DNA from: Eledone cirrhosa
Taxonomy: Eukaryota
Direction: 5' to 3'
Assembly (NCBI GenBank): GCA_964016885.1
Contig: OZ024743.1
Coordinates: 167,524,001-167,588,000 of the forward strand
DNA length: 64,000 nucleotides
This document shows positions 26,281-39,162 of this stretch, piece after piece. The translations under genes and the position numbers were made by a program. The notes beneath the pieces are model-generated. The model had not been told where the DNA came from, did no database searches, and saw only the letters and a program-made list of their open reading frames with translations. The stretch's first letter is position 1, and each line of letters begins with the position of its first letter.

Positions 26281-28430
26281 ACAGTTGCATTTATCTTGCT
26301 TTATGTTCATACGAGTTATCACCAAGTCACAACCAGTGACCTCAAGAGACAACAAGGTCCGCCATGTTCAAGAAAGAACATACATATTCACACATGCATC
26401 TTTAGTGTTTAGACTTGTGATGTACTTATATTGACAGAATCTTCCTTAGTACTATCTTCCATTAGTACTATCTTCCATTAGTACTATCTTCCATTAGTAC
26501 TATCTTTTGTATTTCTATCTTCCATTAGTACTATCTTTTGTATTTCTATCTTCCATTAGTACTATCTTTTGTATTTCTATCTTCCATTAGTACTATCTTT
26601 TGTATTTCTATCTTCCATTAGTACTATCTTCCATTAGTACTATCTTCCATTAGTACTATCTTTTGTATTTCTATCTTCCATTAGTACTATCTTTTGTATT
26701 TCTATCTTCCATTAGTACTATTTTCCATTAGTACTATCTTTTGTATTTCTTCTATACGCGGGTTTCCTGGGATTTGGGATATGTAATCATTAGACCCCTT
26801 AGGTATCATTCCTAGAGCGCCTACAACCACTGGTATTGTTTTAGTTCTCAACTTCCACATTTTTCCAATTTCTATCTCCAGGTCTTTACACTTGCTCAAC
26901 TTTTCAAATGTTTTTATAGATACATTCTTGTCTATTGGAACGGACATATCAATTAGCAGGCATACTCTCATTTTAAAGTCCTTCAATATTATATCAGGTC
27001 TATTTGCATCTATTTTTCGGTCTGTTTGGATGCTAAAGTTCCACAAGATTTAGATGTGATCTTTTTCTAGTATGGGAGGTGGTTGATGCTCCCGCCAATT
27101 CTTTTGATGGGGCAGGTCAAAATGCTTACACATTACCCAATGTATGTATTGTGCAGCTCTGTCATGCCTGTTTAGTTATTCGGTTGGAGCTATAGGACTG
27201 CACATTGAAATTATATGATCAATGGTCTCTGTTTGTTTTTTACATACACGGCATAATGGGTTGCATCCATTTTTTATTATGTTGGCTTGATAATTTTTTG
27301 TAGGCAGACACTGATCTTGTGCTGATATAATCAGTGCTTCAGTCTCCGATTTCAGTCCAGAGGATGCCAACCACTGATGGGTTAAAGTTTTGTCAACATC
27401 AGGATTGTTAGTTCTGGGTATTTTCCATACAGAGGCTTTTCTTGCCATTTCTTAGCCAGTTTCTGTAGCAGTTCTTTCTTTGCAGTTACTTTTACCTGCT
27501 ATGCTTTTTCTGTGTTTTTTCAGCAGCAAAGGAAACTTCTGAAATTTGTAGTTCATTACTGTATCTTTGTGCATCTTTTGCAATGGGGTATGATCTTTTT
27601 ATACTTTCATGTTTCAAAACGAGTTTGATTATCCAATCATGTGCCTCCCTTAGATATGTAGATAGTCCAATTGTTGCAGTTTTCAAAGCAATATCTAACT
27701 GGATTAATCCATGTCCTCCTTCTTTCATAGGGAGATATTTTCTATCTGTATCTGCCTTAGGGTGATGCATTCTGTGCATGGTTAAGAATTTTCTAATTTG
27801 TATCGAGCCTACGAATCTCTGTGCTTGACCAGTTGATGACATTGAAACTGTAAGTTACTACTGGAATGGCAAGCGTGTTTATTGCATCGATCCTTGCATT
27901 CAACTATGTTCTTAAGATTGCTCCTACTCTGCGGTAACATTTCTTCCTTATCCTTTCCCTCATTGATGAGTGCTTGATTCCGTCTCCTTCACAAACAAAT
28001 AGATATTTGTATGTTTCCTTTTGATCAAGTTCTTTTATCGCATTACCCCGATCAAGATTAACGTCTGAACTTCTTAGAGGCTTTTCTCTGGTGAACATGG
28101 TTTTTGCGCATTTATCTAGTTCAAACTCTATTTTGATATCATCACTGAATTGCTTCACAGTGGATAATAGCCCTTGCAACTGCTCATAATTTTTTGAAAA
28201 TATTTTCAGGTTATTCATGTAGAATAAGTGATTAATGGTTTTGTCATCGACTTTATAGCCATGTTTTGTTTCATTGAGCATTTTACTTAATGGTATAAGC
28301 GCGATGCAGAATAATAAAGAGACACCATGAAAAATTCCACAATTAATATTAACTTCTCAACTTCCAAATTTTTCCAATTTCTGTCTCCAGGTCTTTATAC
28401 TTGCTCAATTTTTCAAATGTTTTTATACAG
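26281..28430 (-). mobile_element. R4/Dong-like family B, second, more degenerate copy
   Basis: Same motifs with stops and frameshifts (27904-28281, 27176-27448, 26702-27046); 3' UTR matches 10986-11130. Confidence 0.85.
26447..26750. repeat. Minisatellite of 16-bp and 31-bp units within the Dong 3' coding end
   Basis: Mixed tandem units tagtactatcttccat and tagtactatcttttgtatttctatcttccat. Confidence 0.9.
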
Positions 28431-28521
28431 GCAGTAGTAAATCATTTTGTCATCTTAATGTCCCTATTGATAAGGCGTGACAGTGCCAAGTATTCTCTGT
28501 CGCCATTAATATGCAAATAAT

Positions 28522-28710
28522 TGTTTCTACATTTGGCATAAGGCCAGCAATTATCCCAGTGTATTACTGGTGCTTTATTTTATCGACCCCATAAGGATGA
28601 AAGGCAAAGTTAACCTCGGCGAGATTTGAACTCAGACCATAAAGGGACGTAACTCTTTGCTGCAAAGAATGGCGTCCGACTCTCTACCGATACTGACAAT
28701 CCACCACCCC
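28522..28710 (-). mobile_element. tRNA-derived SINE with 16-bp TSD
   Basis: Same family as 7878; TSD ttaatatgcaaataat at 28506-28521 and 28711-28726. Confidence 0.88.
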
Positions 28711-28859
28711 TTAATATGCAAATAATGATAAAAGGACGGAATTGAGGTCAATCCTTATTTTTATTTATATGACTAAATGGTCTGGTTGTGGAATCGGATT
28801 CTATGTTAGTCAGGATTATAATAGGAGAAAGTGTTAAAGTGTTTATGTCTACAATTGAA

Positions 28860-30550
28860 AACTCGTTCTAATCTATTATTATTAATTTTTTAAAGTAATT
28901 ATATAGTACAATTCTTGTATACAAATATTGCAACTACCTGTATCTTGTTTGTACTAAACGGTGCATCCCAGGACAGACCAACATATCTCGTATCTAGTTC
29001 CTTTTTCCCTAGTTCCCATATTTTGTTGGCTAAAGTTGTAGAATTCCTGTTACAGTTTTTAAAAGAATGTGTATTGACATACCAACGTTTCTTAAATACA
29101 TTAGAAGTAGCCCTTATATATTTTACTTTTTGTTTGTTTGTATTGATTTCACATTGGTATACCAGGTTACTGCACATACGCATTTTGTATGGTTGTGGGT
29201 AATTGCATCTTATCTCTTTTCTGTGGGATGGTTCATTATTATTGTTGTTGTTGTTGTTAGATGTGGTAGGTATGAGACTAGGTAGTGATAGATATAATCT
29301 CCTACTTCTAGTTTTTACTGTCTCGGTACCGTTTAAGGGTGCCGGTTGAGAACATCTAATGGGATTCTCTTTAATATGAGAACCCTGTTCACTACTACAG
29401 GTGCTTAAGCGTCTCTTATTCACTTTGTTATATAACCATCCATATTCATTGATGTTGAATACGATAACCTAATAGTATTTCTGTTTAATATCTTATGGTA
29501 TTTATGTGACTGTGTGAAATGTTTGTCGATCAGGTTAAAGAATATGGAGGGTAGTCTTTAGTGTTGAACATTGGGTTATACCACAGGTATGTTCTGTTTA
29601 TATTTTTTTGTGATGTTATTCATTCAAGGGGATTAAGAGAAATCTTACCTTCTTGCTGTTCTCTATTATTGGGATTTTGCCTGTAGTACGATGGTGTTTA
29701 ACATATCTACCTCTCCCACTTCTATCCATGTATTTTAGCTTATTCATATGCCCTGATTTTCGTAATGCTTCATTATAATACTCGACGTGTTCATCAAATA
29801 TTTCTAAAGAGGATGATAGGCGAGATACTTTAAGTGATACGTTATTAACTATAGAGTCAATTATAGATTTAGGATGGTTATATTGATAGTTAATATACGA
29901 CAGGTTCTGGTTAATTTTATGGTAGAGTTCGACTACACCTGAGTTAAAGTTGAGAGTCACAGCCAAAAGGTTAGCTGTTTTAAAATTATATTCAAATGTT
30001 ATTTTTAGGCTTATTCTATCGAAAAAGATCTTACTTCTTTACGTATTCTCTCTAATTTCTGACCATTAGGGTTTTTAATTAACAGAAGAGCGTCATCTCT
30101 ATAAATCCTCCTAAGAAATTATTAAATTGCCTATGGCGATTATGGGCTATGTGCATGCCTACTACATCCATCACCTGCGCTGAGTCCCTAGAGCCCATAG
30201 TGACATCAAAGCCATCTAACACATCCCTACGTACCCACTATTCATCCTCTAACTCAATAATTGACCGTCTAGATATTTTTGCTATATTAATTTCATCTCT
30301 AGTTAGGTCCGAGTTCTTTTTAGCGAAAGCGAGAGCCTTATTAAGGGGAACATGAGTAGTAGTACTCATTTATATCAAATTGCATAAATTTAGAAACCCC
30401 CCTATTCTCTATCCTATCAAACAAATCTATGACCTCACCTGTATTGTCCCATAATTTAATCAATAATATACTTTTCATTTAAGCTATAATTCTATCTAGA
30501 ATATGCTTACTTATTCGGCCTACATCGGATTTCGATGGGCATATTAGGGT
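28860..30550 (-). mobile_element. Degenerate Penelope-like element (same type as 2224-3860 and 4165-6200)
   Basis: Minus-strand remnants: PSKSDVGRISKHILD, FDVTMGSRDSAQVMDVVG, YRDDAL, WYNP, NLVYQCEI...KYI...FKKRWYVNTHSF...TTLANKIWEL. Confidence 0.75.
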
Positions 30551-30704
30551 TAGGGATTGCAACGTCAAGTTACAGTAGGTTCACCAAAGTGAGCGCTCGA
30601 TGCGTAGTCTCCAGTGTGTACTTTGCGGTTGTACTAAGAAAAGTGAAATAATAGTAATAATATGGACGAGGCGTCAATTTTTTTAATTTTAATTATGTTT
30701 ATTG

Positions 30705-30794
30705 AAGTCTGACGCGTGTTTCGCGATTGATCAGCTCAAGGTTCAATCTGTATCGATCAAGCCAGACTCTGGAATCAAAAGATCATCAGACTTC
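30705..30794 (-). ncRNA. Hammerhead-like motif with enlarged stem II region
   Basis: Minus strand gaagt-CTGATGA-(~60 nt containing hairpins)-GAAA-cacgcg-TC-agacttc; stem I register is ambiguous. Confidence 0.45.
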
Positions 30795-31889
30795 TGTCAA
30801 CGCAATGACGGAATGATTCCCGTGCAGCGTTAAAAGATATATATCCGTTCTCCTGCATTTGTGGTGGTCAATTTTATTTTGTTTTGATTGGTGGTTTTGG
30901 GGAAAAAATGTGTGAAGATGTGAGAGAGGGGAGCGGAAGAAGTAGAAGGTAGAAAGGGATTGAGAAGATGAAAGAATGATGGTGGGGTACATCTAGGGGT
31001 AGAGGTGGGGATGGAGTAAGGCATTGACCGTTTAGTAATGGACAGGTTATCGCTTATGTGATGACATGAGGGTGTGGGGGTAAGATTTAAGGGATGATGA
31101 GATGCGATAACGAAAGAGAGGAAGGGGCTGAAAGGAAAAGAAAAAGACAAAGAAAAAGAAAAAGACAGTCCAGTATTTCGGTGTCCTTGAGGTGGTAGGG
31201 AATAAAGATAAGAGTAAGACTATTTGGGAATGCATAAGATGAGAGATAAATGGTAGAAGTTAAAGATTGACAAGTAAATTAAGTAAACAAATAAATAAAT
31301 AATGAAATTATAGTATAATGGGATGGAGTAAGTGGTATACAGTGTGATATAAAATATAATATGTAAAACGTAGTATCAAAAAAAAGATGTGATGTAAAAA
31401 TATAATACAATATTATGTGGCGAAATTATAGTGTGATTGCTGTGTTAGATATAAGTGTATGTCAGACGAGAGGTAATAATACTATGAAGAACGTATGGAG
31501 TGTTATCATATATATGGAGTGTTATCATATATATACACAAGGGAAGAAAAAACATTTCCCAGGTAAGAAAAATTTGCTTGGAAAAAATAAAGCGATGAAA
31601 TATTGTGAGGTACTAATAATGATAGTATTACTATCAGTAATTGGATTAGTATAAATAGCGGTAGGCAAGTCAGATAACAGGGGCTCTCTCGCTCACGCAC
31701 GCTCATACTATGTGATCCGGGATCGCCCAGACACACATGTATCGAAGTACGTCTATATACAAATACACATAAGTATTATCAATCAGACAATGCTGTATTT
31801 ATATATAGGTACACACATATAGACATCCCAGATCAGTACACACCCATTTGCACACATATATACAGAGACCTTTATCCATGTGTATGTAT

Positions 31890-32040
<151 letters not shown>

Positions 32041-32210
32041 CAATTATTTATGTACACAGATATTGATACATAGACGCATACTAATATACACATACATACA
32101 TATATATATATAAACGGAAAAAATGAAACGAAATTTCATTTCTCACTCTTAGTACGGCTGTTACTTAAATATAAGTATGTACACGTACATACATATATGT
32201 ATACATGCGT

Positions 32211-32590
32211 ACAGTAGTATGTATATATATATACATACATGCACACATATATATATGTACGTATGGATTCACCGAACATTTATTATAATGCTCGGTGTGT
32301 TTGTAAACAAACATCCCGTATTAAGCCGTAGTGTCTAGCAACCATTGTTGCTCGTTTGTTCAACACTGACAAAGGAACGCTGTACTAGTTTCAAGCTTAT
32401 TAGCTATCGTCAGCAACGTATACCTTCCTGCCAGATTGTGGAACGTATATACTTACCTTATGCATATTAACGGCTTATTACGGGATGTTTGTTTACAAAC
32501 ACACCGAGCATTATAATAAATGTTCGGTGAATCCATACGTACATATATATATGTGTGCATGTATGTATATATATATATACATACTACTGT
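32211..32590. repeat. Inverted repeat, ~120-bp arms around a 140-bp spacer
   Basis: 32211-32329 (acagtagtat...ggattcaccgaacatt...cccgtattaagccgt) is the near-perfect reverse complement of 32470-32590. Confidence 0.9.
32377..32419 (-). ncRNA. Minimal type I hammerhead ribozyme, intact core
   Basis: Minus strand acgttg-CTGACGA-t-agct-aata-agct-t-GAAA-CTAG-TA-cagcgt: 6-bp stem I, 4-bp stem II and a palindromic ACTAGT stem III as in PLE minimal hammerheads. Confidence 0.8.
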
Positions 32591-32602
32591 GTACATACGT
32601 GA

Positions 32603-32638
<36 letters not shown>

Positions 32639-33244
32639 TATATAAATAGAGAGAGAGAGATAAGAATATATATAAAGAGATAAGAAGAAACAGGGCTGTG
32701 TAGTTGCTGGATAAGGTGTATTTATAAATAAGAGGAAAGCAGGAACGGGAACAAATTTTCCTTCATCAGTTGTCTGCTGGGGATCATGGATATTTCTACG
32801 CATTAAAGACAAGATATCTAACCCCAGTGCGTCACTAACTAAATGAAGTTATTGGGAAAAAAAGGGAGAGAGAGAAAAATATATATAACAGAAGGGAAAA
32901 GGGAAGAAAAAGGAAAAAAAACGGAAAACAACAACCCGAAGAGGGAATCCCGAAGCACATGTGTGTGAGCAGCTCGAAGGGAGAGAAAAGATTAAACTCG
33001 ACATCAACTACTGAACTTAAGTCCGAGGTTGTGTGGACGAGAAAAAAAAACACGTCTTCGCAAGAGTAAGTGAGAAAGAGACAGCGAGAGGAACAGGCGA
33101 GACAGAGAGTGAAGTGGTAGCAGAGAGAGGAAGAGTAAAAGTGAGAGGGACAAAGGGAAAGAAAGAAAGGGGAAGAGTTGATAGCAACAAAATAGATAGG
33201 GAGAAAGAGAGAACAGGTCACAGCAAAACTTGATAAAAATATGA

Positions 33245-33285
<41 letters not shown>

Positions 33286-33288
<3 letters not shown>

Positions 33289-35793
33289 TATTTCACCGTT
33301 ATTGTTGTTGTTGTTACTGTTATTTCTACCATTGTGGTTGTTACTTTTATTATGTTTCTTGTTTTTGTTGTGTCTATCATTGATGTTGCTACATGTACTA
33401 TTTCCATTATTACCACTGTGGTTATTGTTGTTGTTGTTCGTATTGTTACCGTTATTACTACTGTGGTCGCTGTTACTGTGTCTGTGGTTAATGTTTCTAT
33501 TATTATTATTATTGTGGTTGTTGTTGTTCTGTCTATCGCTAGTATTATTACCATTATCACTATTTCTCACTTTCCTGCTATTGTTATAGTTATGGCTGTT
33601 ATTTCTATACTCAGAGTTATTGTTTATATTACTACTACCGTTATTATTGTTGTTGTTGTTTACCTTTGCATTCCAGCGTATTTTTGTGAAACACTTTTCC
33701 AGCTCCGTTAGGTTAATCTTTTTGTAGATGGCAAATTTTGGTGGTAGCCGTAGGATTTGTTGTTCTTGTTCACTGATTAAAGTGTTCCCATAGATATTTA
33801 CTGTGTGGTCATTGGTAAATTCTTCCGGTAGTTTTACATCAGTCATACGGATATTGTCGATGTTATCTGGGTATTTTTGAGAATATTCGATTTTCCTTTC
33901 TTGTAGTTTTTTCTTATTCATCCATTCTAATTTCTTATTGAAATGCCTATTGCATTCGTTTCGAGCGTATTCCGTTTCACGTCGGATGGCGCTCTTGAAG
34001 TTATCTCTCTCGTTTGCTGTGATGAGATTTCGGATTTCCTTCCTGTTAATGCGTTTCTGTCTGTAGAGTGCGTTGACTTTTGTGTATGTTGTTCTTTTCA
34101 TATTAACTGTTATTGTGTGTTTTATTTGTTTTAGTCGTTCGGCTTGTGTTTTGTTCAATAATAAATTATTTACTTGTTTTGATATGTTTGTTGTGTATGT
34201 TTTGGAGGAAACACAGTGTTTTAAGAAGCGGATTTGTTCTGTTGTTATTGTAGTTTTTATATAACAGAAAACAGTGTCTTTCAAGAACCTTTCAGCTTGG
34301 CACAAGCTAATGCCGTAGCGGCGATGAATTAGTTTTGCGAGGTTTTTTAGATGAAATCGTGTGTCGAAACAAATATTGTTATACTTGGGGAGGGTCATAT
34401 TTGTGTAATATTGCCAGAATTAATAACAGAACACACTCACTGTTTGGTTGGTTTTCGCTTCTCGCTGTCTTTTATATCGGTAATCTAACTTACTCGGTCC
34501 TCAATGTTGCCATTGACTGACCGACGGTCAAAAATAATACAGATACATATAGACACAAACACATATATATAGTTTATCATAAATCTTTCGTTGCACATCT
34601 GCAACATCGTCAGTGGTGTTATATTTTCCTCCTGTTGTGTTGTATGTCTACGCCATTTTTATTCAGTCTGTCTATATATATATTTATTTATTTGCTTGTT
34701 TGTTTATTTTATTTTGTCTTCTTTGCGCATGCGTTTGCGTGTGTGTATAGTGTTATGTTTGCTGTGTGATGGGTGACTAGTGTGTGTTTATGTGCTTGTT
34801 GTTATTGTGCTTGTGTATGTATTTATTTATTTATTTATCTTATTTTATTTACTTATTTATACTTCTCTTAGGTCAGTGTTGTTTGTTTGGGTGTTGTTGT
34901 TATTCCATTCATTCTTTCTGTTTAGCTTTGGTCTTCTAATTTCTATTTCACTGGCCTCTCTGATTTGCCTATCTGCTGGGTCATTTCTATGTTTAGATAT
35001 TATTCTAATTTCTATGTTGTCTATGTTACCCTTATGTTGTTGTCTAACATGTTCGTATAGTACTGACCCGTTTTTTCGTCCTTTTAGTTCCCCCCAGTGT
35101 TGGTCTATCCATTCACCTATGCTAAGAGCTGTCTCACCTATGTATGTTGTTGTCATGTTTCTGCAAGTACCCTCTGTACATCTTATGCTATAGACTACGT
35201 TTCTAGTTTTACAGTTTATCCGGGGGTCACCTTACATATGATACATTTCCTATTGGTACAGTGGGTTTTCTTAAAAGGGTAGGTTTTGCTGATCAGGGAT
35301 TTTATGGTGGTTCCTGGCTTTTCTACCACCTTTATTTTTAAGTGGGTCTTTCTCAGGGCCTTTCTACACTGGTTAGCTAATTTTCCTCCAGGGGTGCGTC
35401 CACAAACATGACACTCTTGTATCTCTGGTTGTCGTACCATGAGGTGGCTTTCCCTATCTTATGTCTAGCCCTATCTAAGCTATTCCATGATTTGCTCCTG
35501 TATAATGGGCAAATTCCTTTCATGTCCAGTTCTATGAGGGTCTTATACTTTTCCATGGCTCCTTCGTATACTCTGACTCTGTCTCTTTGATTGTAGCCAG
35601 AGAACTGCATGCGGTTGATGAAGTGTTGGATGTGTCTTTCCATTTCTGTTGGGTCGCACATGCGGGACACATTCTTCATCGCTCGTACCAAATCTGCGAT
35701 CAGAATATTAAACTTAGCACTACTGGACATTGCTGAGTTTTGAGTATCAGGTATTTGGAGGCCATGGGTTTAGTATAGTGTGAGTGGAGAATT
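33286..35793 (-). mobile_element. Penelope-like element, inverted arm: ORF 3' part, pseudo-LTR, then ORF N-terminus
   Basis: 34373-35793 is the reverse complement of 37672-39098. It continues into the ORF starting at 34398 (MTLPKYNNICFD...QILRLPPKFAIY...EKCFTKIRW, then Asn-rich) until (TA)n at ~33285. Confidence 0.88.
34576..34617 (-). ncRNA. Minimal hammerhead ribozyme in PLE pseudo-LTR (inverted copy)
   Basis: Reverse complement of the motif at 38854-38895. Confidence 0.7.
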
Positions 35794-36109
35794 CAGCAAA
35801 ACCTACCCTTTTAAGAAAACCCACTGTACCAATAGGAAATGTATCATATGTAAGGTGAACCCCCGGATAAACTGTAAAACTAGAAACGTAGTCTATAGCA
35901 TAAGATGTACAGAGGGTACTTGCAGAAACATGACAACAACATACATAGGTGAGACAGCTCTTAGCATAGGTGAAAGGATAGACCAACACTGGGGGGAACT
36001 AAAAGGACGAAAAAACGGGTCAGTACTATACGAACATGCTAGACAACAACATGACGGTAACATAGACAACATAGAAATTAGAATAATATCTAAACATAGA
36101 AATGACCCA
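35794..36109 (+). mobile_element. Extra PLE GIY-YIG fragment at the inversion junction
   Basis: Duplicates 38176-38491 (SKTYPFKKTHCTNRKCIIC...YIGETALSIGERIDQH); ends in (TA)n. Confidence 0.85.
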
Positions 36110-36189
36110 GTATATATATATGCATATATATATGCATATATAGTTAGTTTTACGAGGTTTTTTATATGAAATCGTGTGTCGAAACAACA

Positions 36190-39098
36190 CAACTATGACG
36201 ATAGATATAATGACAACCCCTTGGAGAAACTATTTTTCAACCCAGCTGACAAAACATATAAGATGGGTAATATCTATCCTACGAGGTTACCCTTTAATAA
36301 AAGAGTTTGCATACCACAACAAATAGATGACGAGACAGAGGCACAGTTCACCATAGCTAGAAATAAGATTAGACAAATAGTAAGAGACAGAGCAGACCAG
36401 AGGCCCAACAACTTGGGAGGAAACCTGTAGAAGGCTTGGTTAGCCTCAAGCAGCGCACAAGAGATGGTGAGGTAGTATGTCTAGCCACGGATAAGTCTGG
36501 TAGGATGTCAATAGATAGCATGCCGAACTACATCAAGGCTATGCAACCCAACATCACCAACACGAGCGAAATTGCACAACAAACACACGATGGGAGAGAG
36601 AAAATCCTCAACGCTCACATGATGATGTGGACTGACATCCTAAAGCCAAGCAGACGCACTGCCAACAACTTCCAGGCGTCTAACAATGGCATACCACCCT
36701 TGTATGGGCTCCGCAAAACCACAAGACAGTCGACGACCCGACAACAGGACCACCAACAAGACCCGTATGCGGAGCTAATATAGCTAGCAACTACAGGATC
36801 TCCTACTTCCTCTCAATGGTTATACGCCCCATAATCAAGATGTCCCCAGATGTATCTGACAGTACAGAGGACCTCCTCAGCAGAATCAGTGAGTGCAACA
36901 AAAACAGGAACCTAATCCAACTGCATAATAGGCAGCATGGATGTGGTGTCACTGTACCCATCCATTAACATTGATTTTGCTGTGAAAAGATGTGTGGAGA
37001 TGATCATTGAGAGTGAGGTGGAGTTCTGCGACGTCGACACAGACGAACTGGGCCTCCTACTTAGACTTACCTACGACACTGACTACCTAGACAGCCATGA
37101 CCTTAGACGTTTCTGCCCTAGTAGACCTATAAGAGGTAGACCCCCCCACCATAACCTCAATGGCAAAAAAGACTCCCATGGGAAGGTGGATTGGGTGGAC
37201 CAAAGCTATACGGACCCTCCAAAACAATGATCAGGTAAGAAAAATGGTCGCACATGCAATAGGGGCTAGTATCAAAACTACCCTAAAGGGCCACATATTT
37301 AAGTTCAACGAGAAGATCTACACCCAAAATGAGGGAGCAGCCATCAGCGTCAACATAGCTGGTGATGTTGCCAACCTTTTCATGGTATGGTGGGAAAGGA
37401 GTCTTAAAGATCTCCTTAATGAGAGCTCCATAGACCTCATCATGTACTCTCGTTATGTAGACGATATCAATATAGTTATAAGAACACCCCCACTAGAGAG
37501 CACTAACAAGTTTGATTTAGAACGTAGCACGATGGAAAGCATCCAGCAGATAGCTAATTCCATACACCAGAGTATAACTGTAACTATCGACTTCCCTTCC
37601 AAACACCCTAACAATAGACTACCCGTATTAGACACAGAACTCTGGATTAACACTATAGACGAGAGAGCCCAAATTCTCCACTCACACTATGCTAAACCCA
37701 TGGACTCCAAATACCTGATACTAAAAAACTCAGCAATGTCCAGTAGTGCTAAGTTTAATATTCTGATCGCAGATTTGGTACGAGTGATGAAGAATGTGTC
37801 CCGCATGTGCGACCCAACAGAAATGGAAAGACACATCCAACACTTCATCAACCGCATGCAGTTCTCTGGCTACAACCAAAGAGACAGAGTCAGAGTATAC
37901 GAAGGAGCCATGGAAAAGTATAAGACCCTCATAGAACTGGACATGAAAGGAATTTGCCCATTATACAGGAGCAAATCATGGAATAGCTTAGACAGGGCTA
38001 GACATAAGATAGGGAAAGCCACCTCATGGTACGACAACCAGAGATACCAGAGTGTCATGTTTGTGGACGCTACCCCTGGAGGGAAATTAGCTAACCAGTG
38101 TAGAAAGGCCCTGAGAAAGACCCACTTAAAAATAAAGGTGGTAGAAAAGCCAGGAACCACCATAAAATCCCTGATCAGCAAAACCTACCCTTTTAAGAAA
38201 ACCCACTGTACCAATAGGAAATGTATCATATCTAAGGTGAACCCCCGGATAAACTGTAAAACTAGAAACGTAGTCTATAGCATAAGATGTACAGAGGGTA
38301 CTTGCAGAAACATGACAACAACATACATTTGTGAGACAGCTCGTAGCATAGGTGAAAGGATAGACCAACACTGGGGGGAACTAAAAGGACGAAAAAACGG
38401 GTCAGTACTATACGAACATGCTAGACAACAACACGACGGTAACATAGACAACATAGCAATTAGAATAATATCTAAACATAGAAATGACCCAGCAGATAGG
38501 CAAATCAGAGAGGCCAGTGAAATAGAAATTAGAAGACCAAGGCTAAACAGAAAGAATGAATGGAATAACAACAACACCCAAACAAACAACACTGACCTAA
38601 GAGAAGTATAAATAAGTAAATAAAATAAATAAATAAATAAATAAATAAATACATACACAAGCACAATAACAACAAGCACATAAACACACACTAGTCACCC
38701 ATCACACAGCAAACATAACACTATACACACACGCAAACGCATGCGCAAAGAAGACAAAATAAAATAAACAAACAAGCAAATAAATAAATAAATATATAGA
38801 CAGAGTGAATAAAAATGGCGTAGACATACAACACAACAGGAGGAAAATATAACACCACTGACGATGTTGCAGATGTGCAACGAAAGATTTATGATAAACT
38901 ATATATATGTGTTTGTGTCTATATGTATCTGTATTATTTTTGACCGTCGGTCAGTCAATGGCAACATTGAGGACCGAGTAAGTTAGATTACCGATATAAA
39001 AGACAGCGAGAAGCGAAAACCAACCAAACAGTGAGTGTGTTCTGTTATTAATTCTGGCAATATTACACAAATATGACCCTCCCCAAGTATAACAATAT
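36190..39098 (+). mobile_element. Penelope-like element (RT, Zn-finger linker, C-terminal GIY-YIG), frameshifted, with 3' pseudo-LTR
   Basis: ATDKSGR, PPLYGLRK, SMDVVSLYPSI, YSRYVDDINIV, LPVLDTELW, NVVYSIRC...TTYI.ET.RSIGERIDQH, REASEI; stop at 38611. The pseudo-LTR ends with the first codons of the ORF and then (TA)n. Confidence 0.9.
38854..38895 (+). ncRNA. Minimal hammerhead ribozyme in PLE pseudo-LTR
   Basis: acca-CTGACGA-t-gttgca-gatg-tgcaac-GAAA-gatt-TA-tgat: 6-bp stem II, self-complementary AGAUUU stem III, short stem I. Confidence 0.72.
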
Positions 39099-39126
39099 AT
39101 GCATATATATATATGTATATATACAA

Positions 39127-39162
<36 letters not shown>

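Noticed and set aside
26447-26750. Regularly spaced repeats resembling a CRISPR array
   Set aside because: No unique spacers, eukaryotic context, and the units derive from the Dong coding sequence.
32930-32970. ccgaaga-gggaatccc-gaagcacatgtg hammerhead-like string, plus ctgatga at ~32763-32769 (minus strand)
   Set aside because: Two core mismatches and no stem I in the first; no matching downstream half for the second.
36190-38611. Selenoprotein-encoding Naiad-type PLE
   Set aside because: The GIY-YIG is C-terminal, not N-terminal, and I saw no in-frame TGA at cysteine positions.
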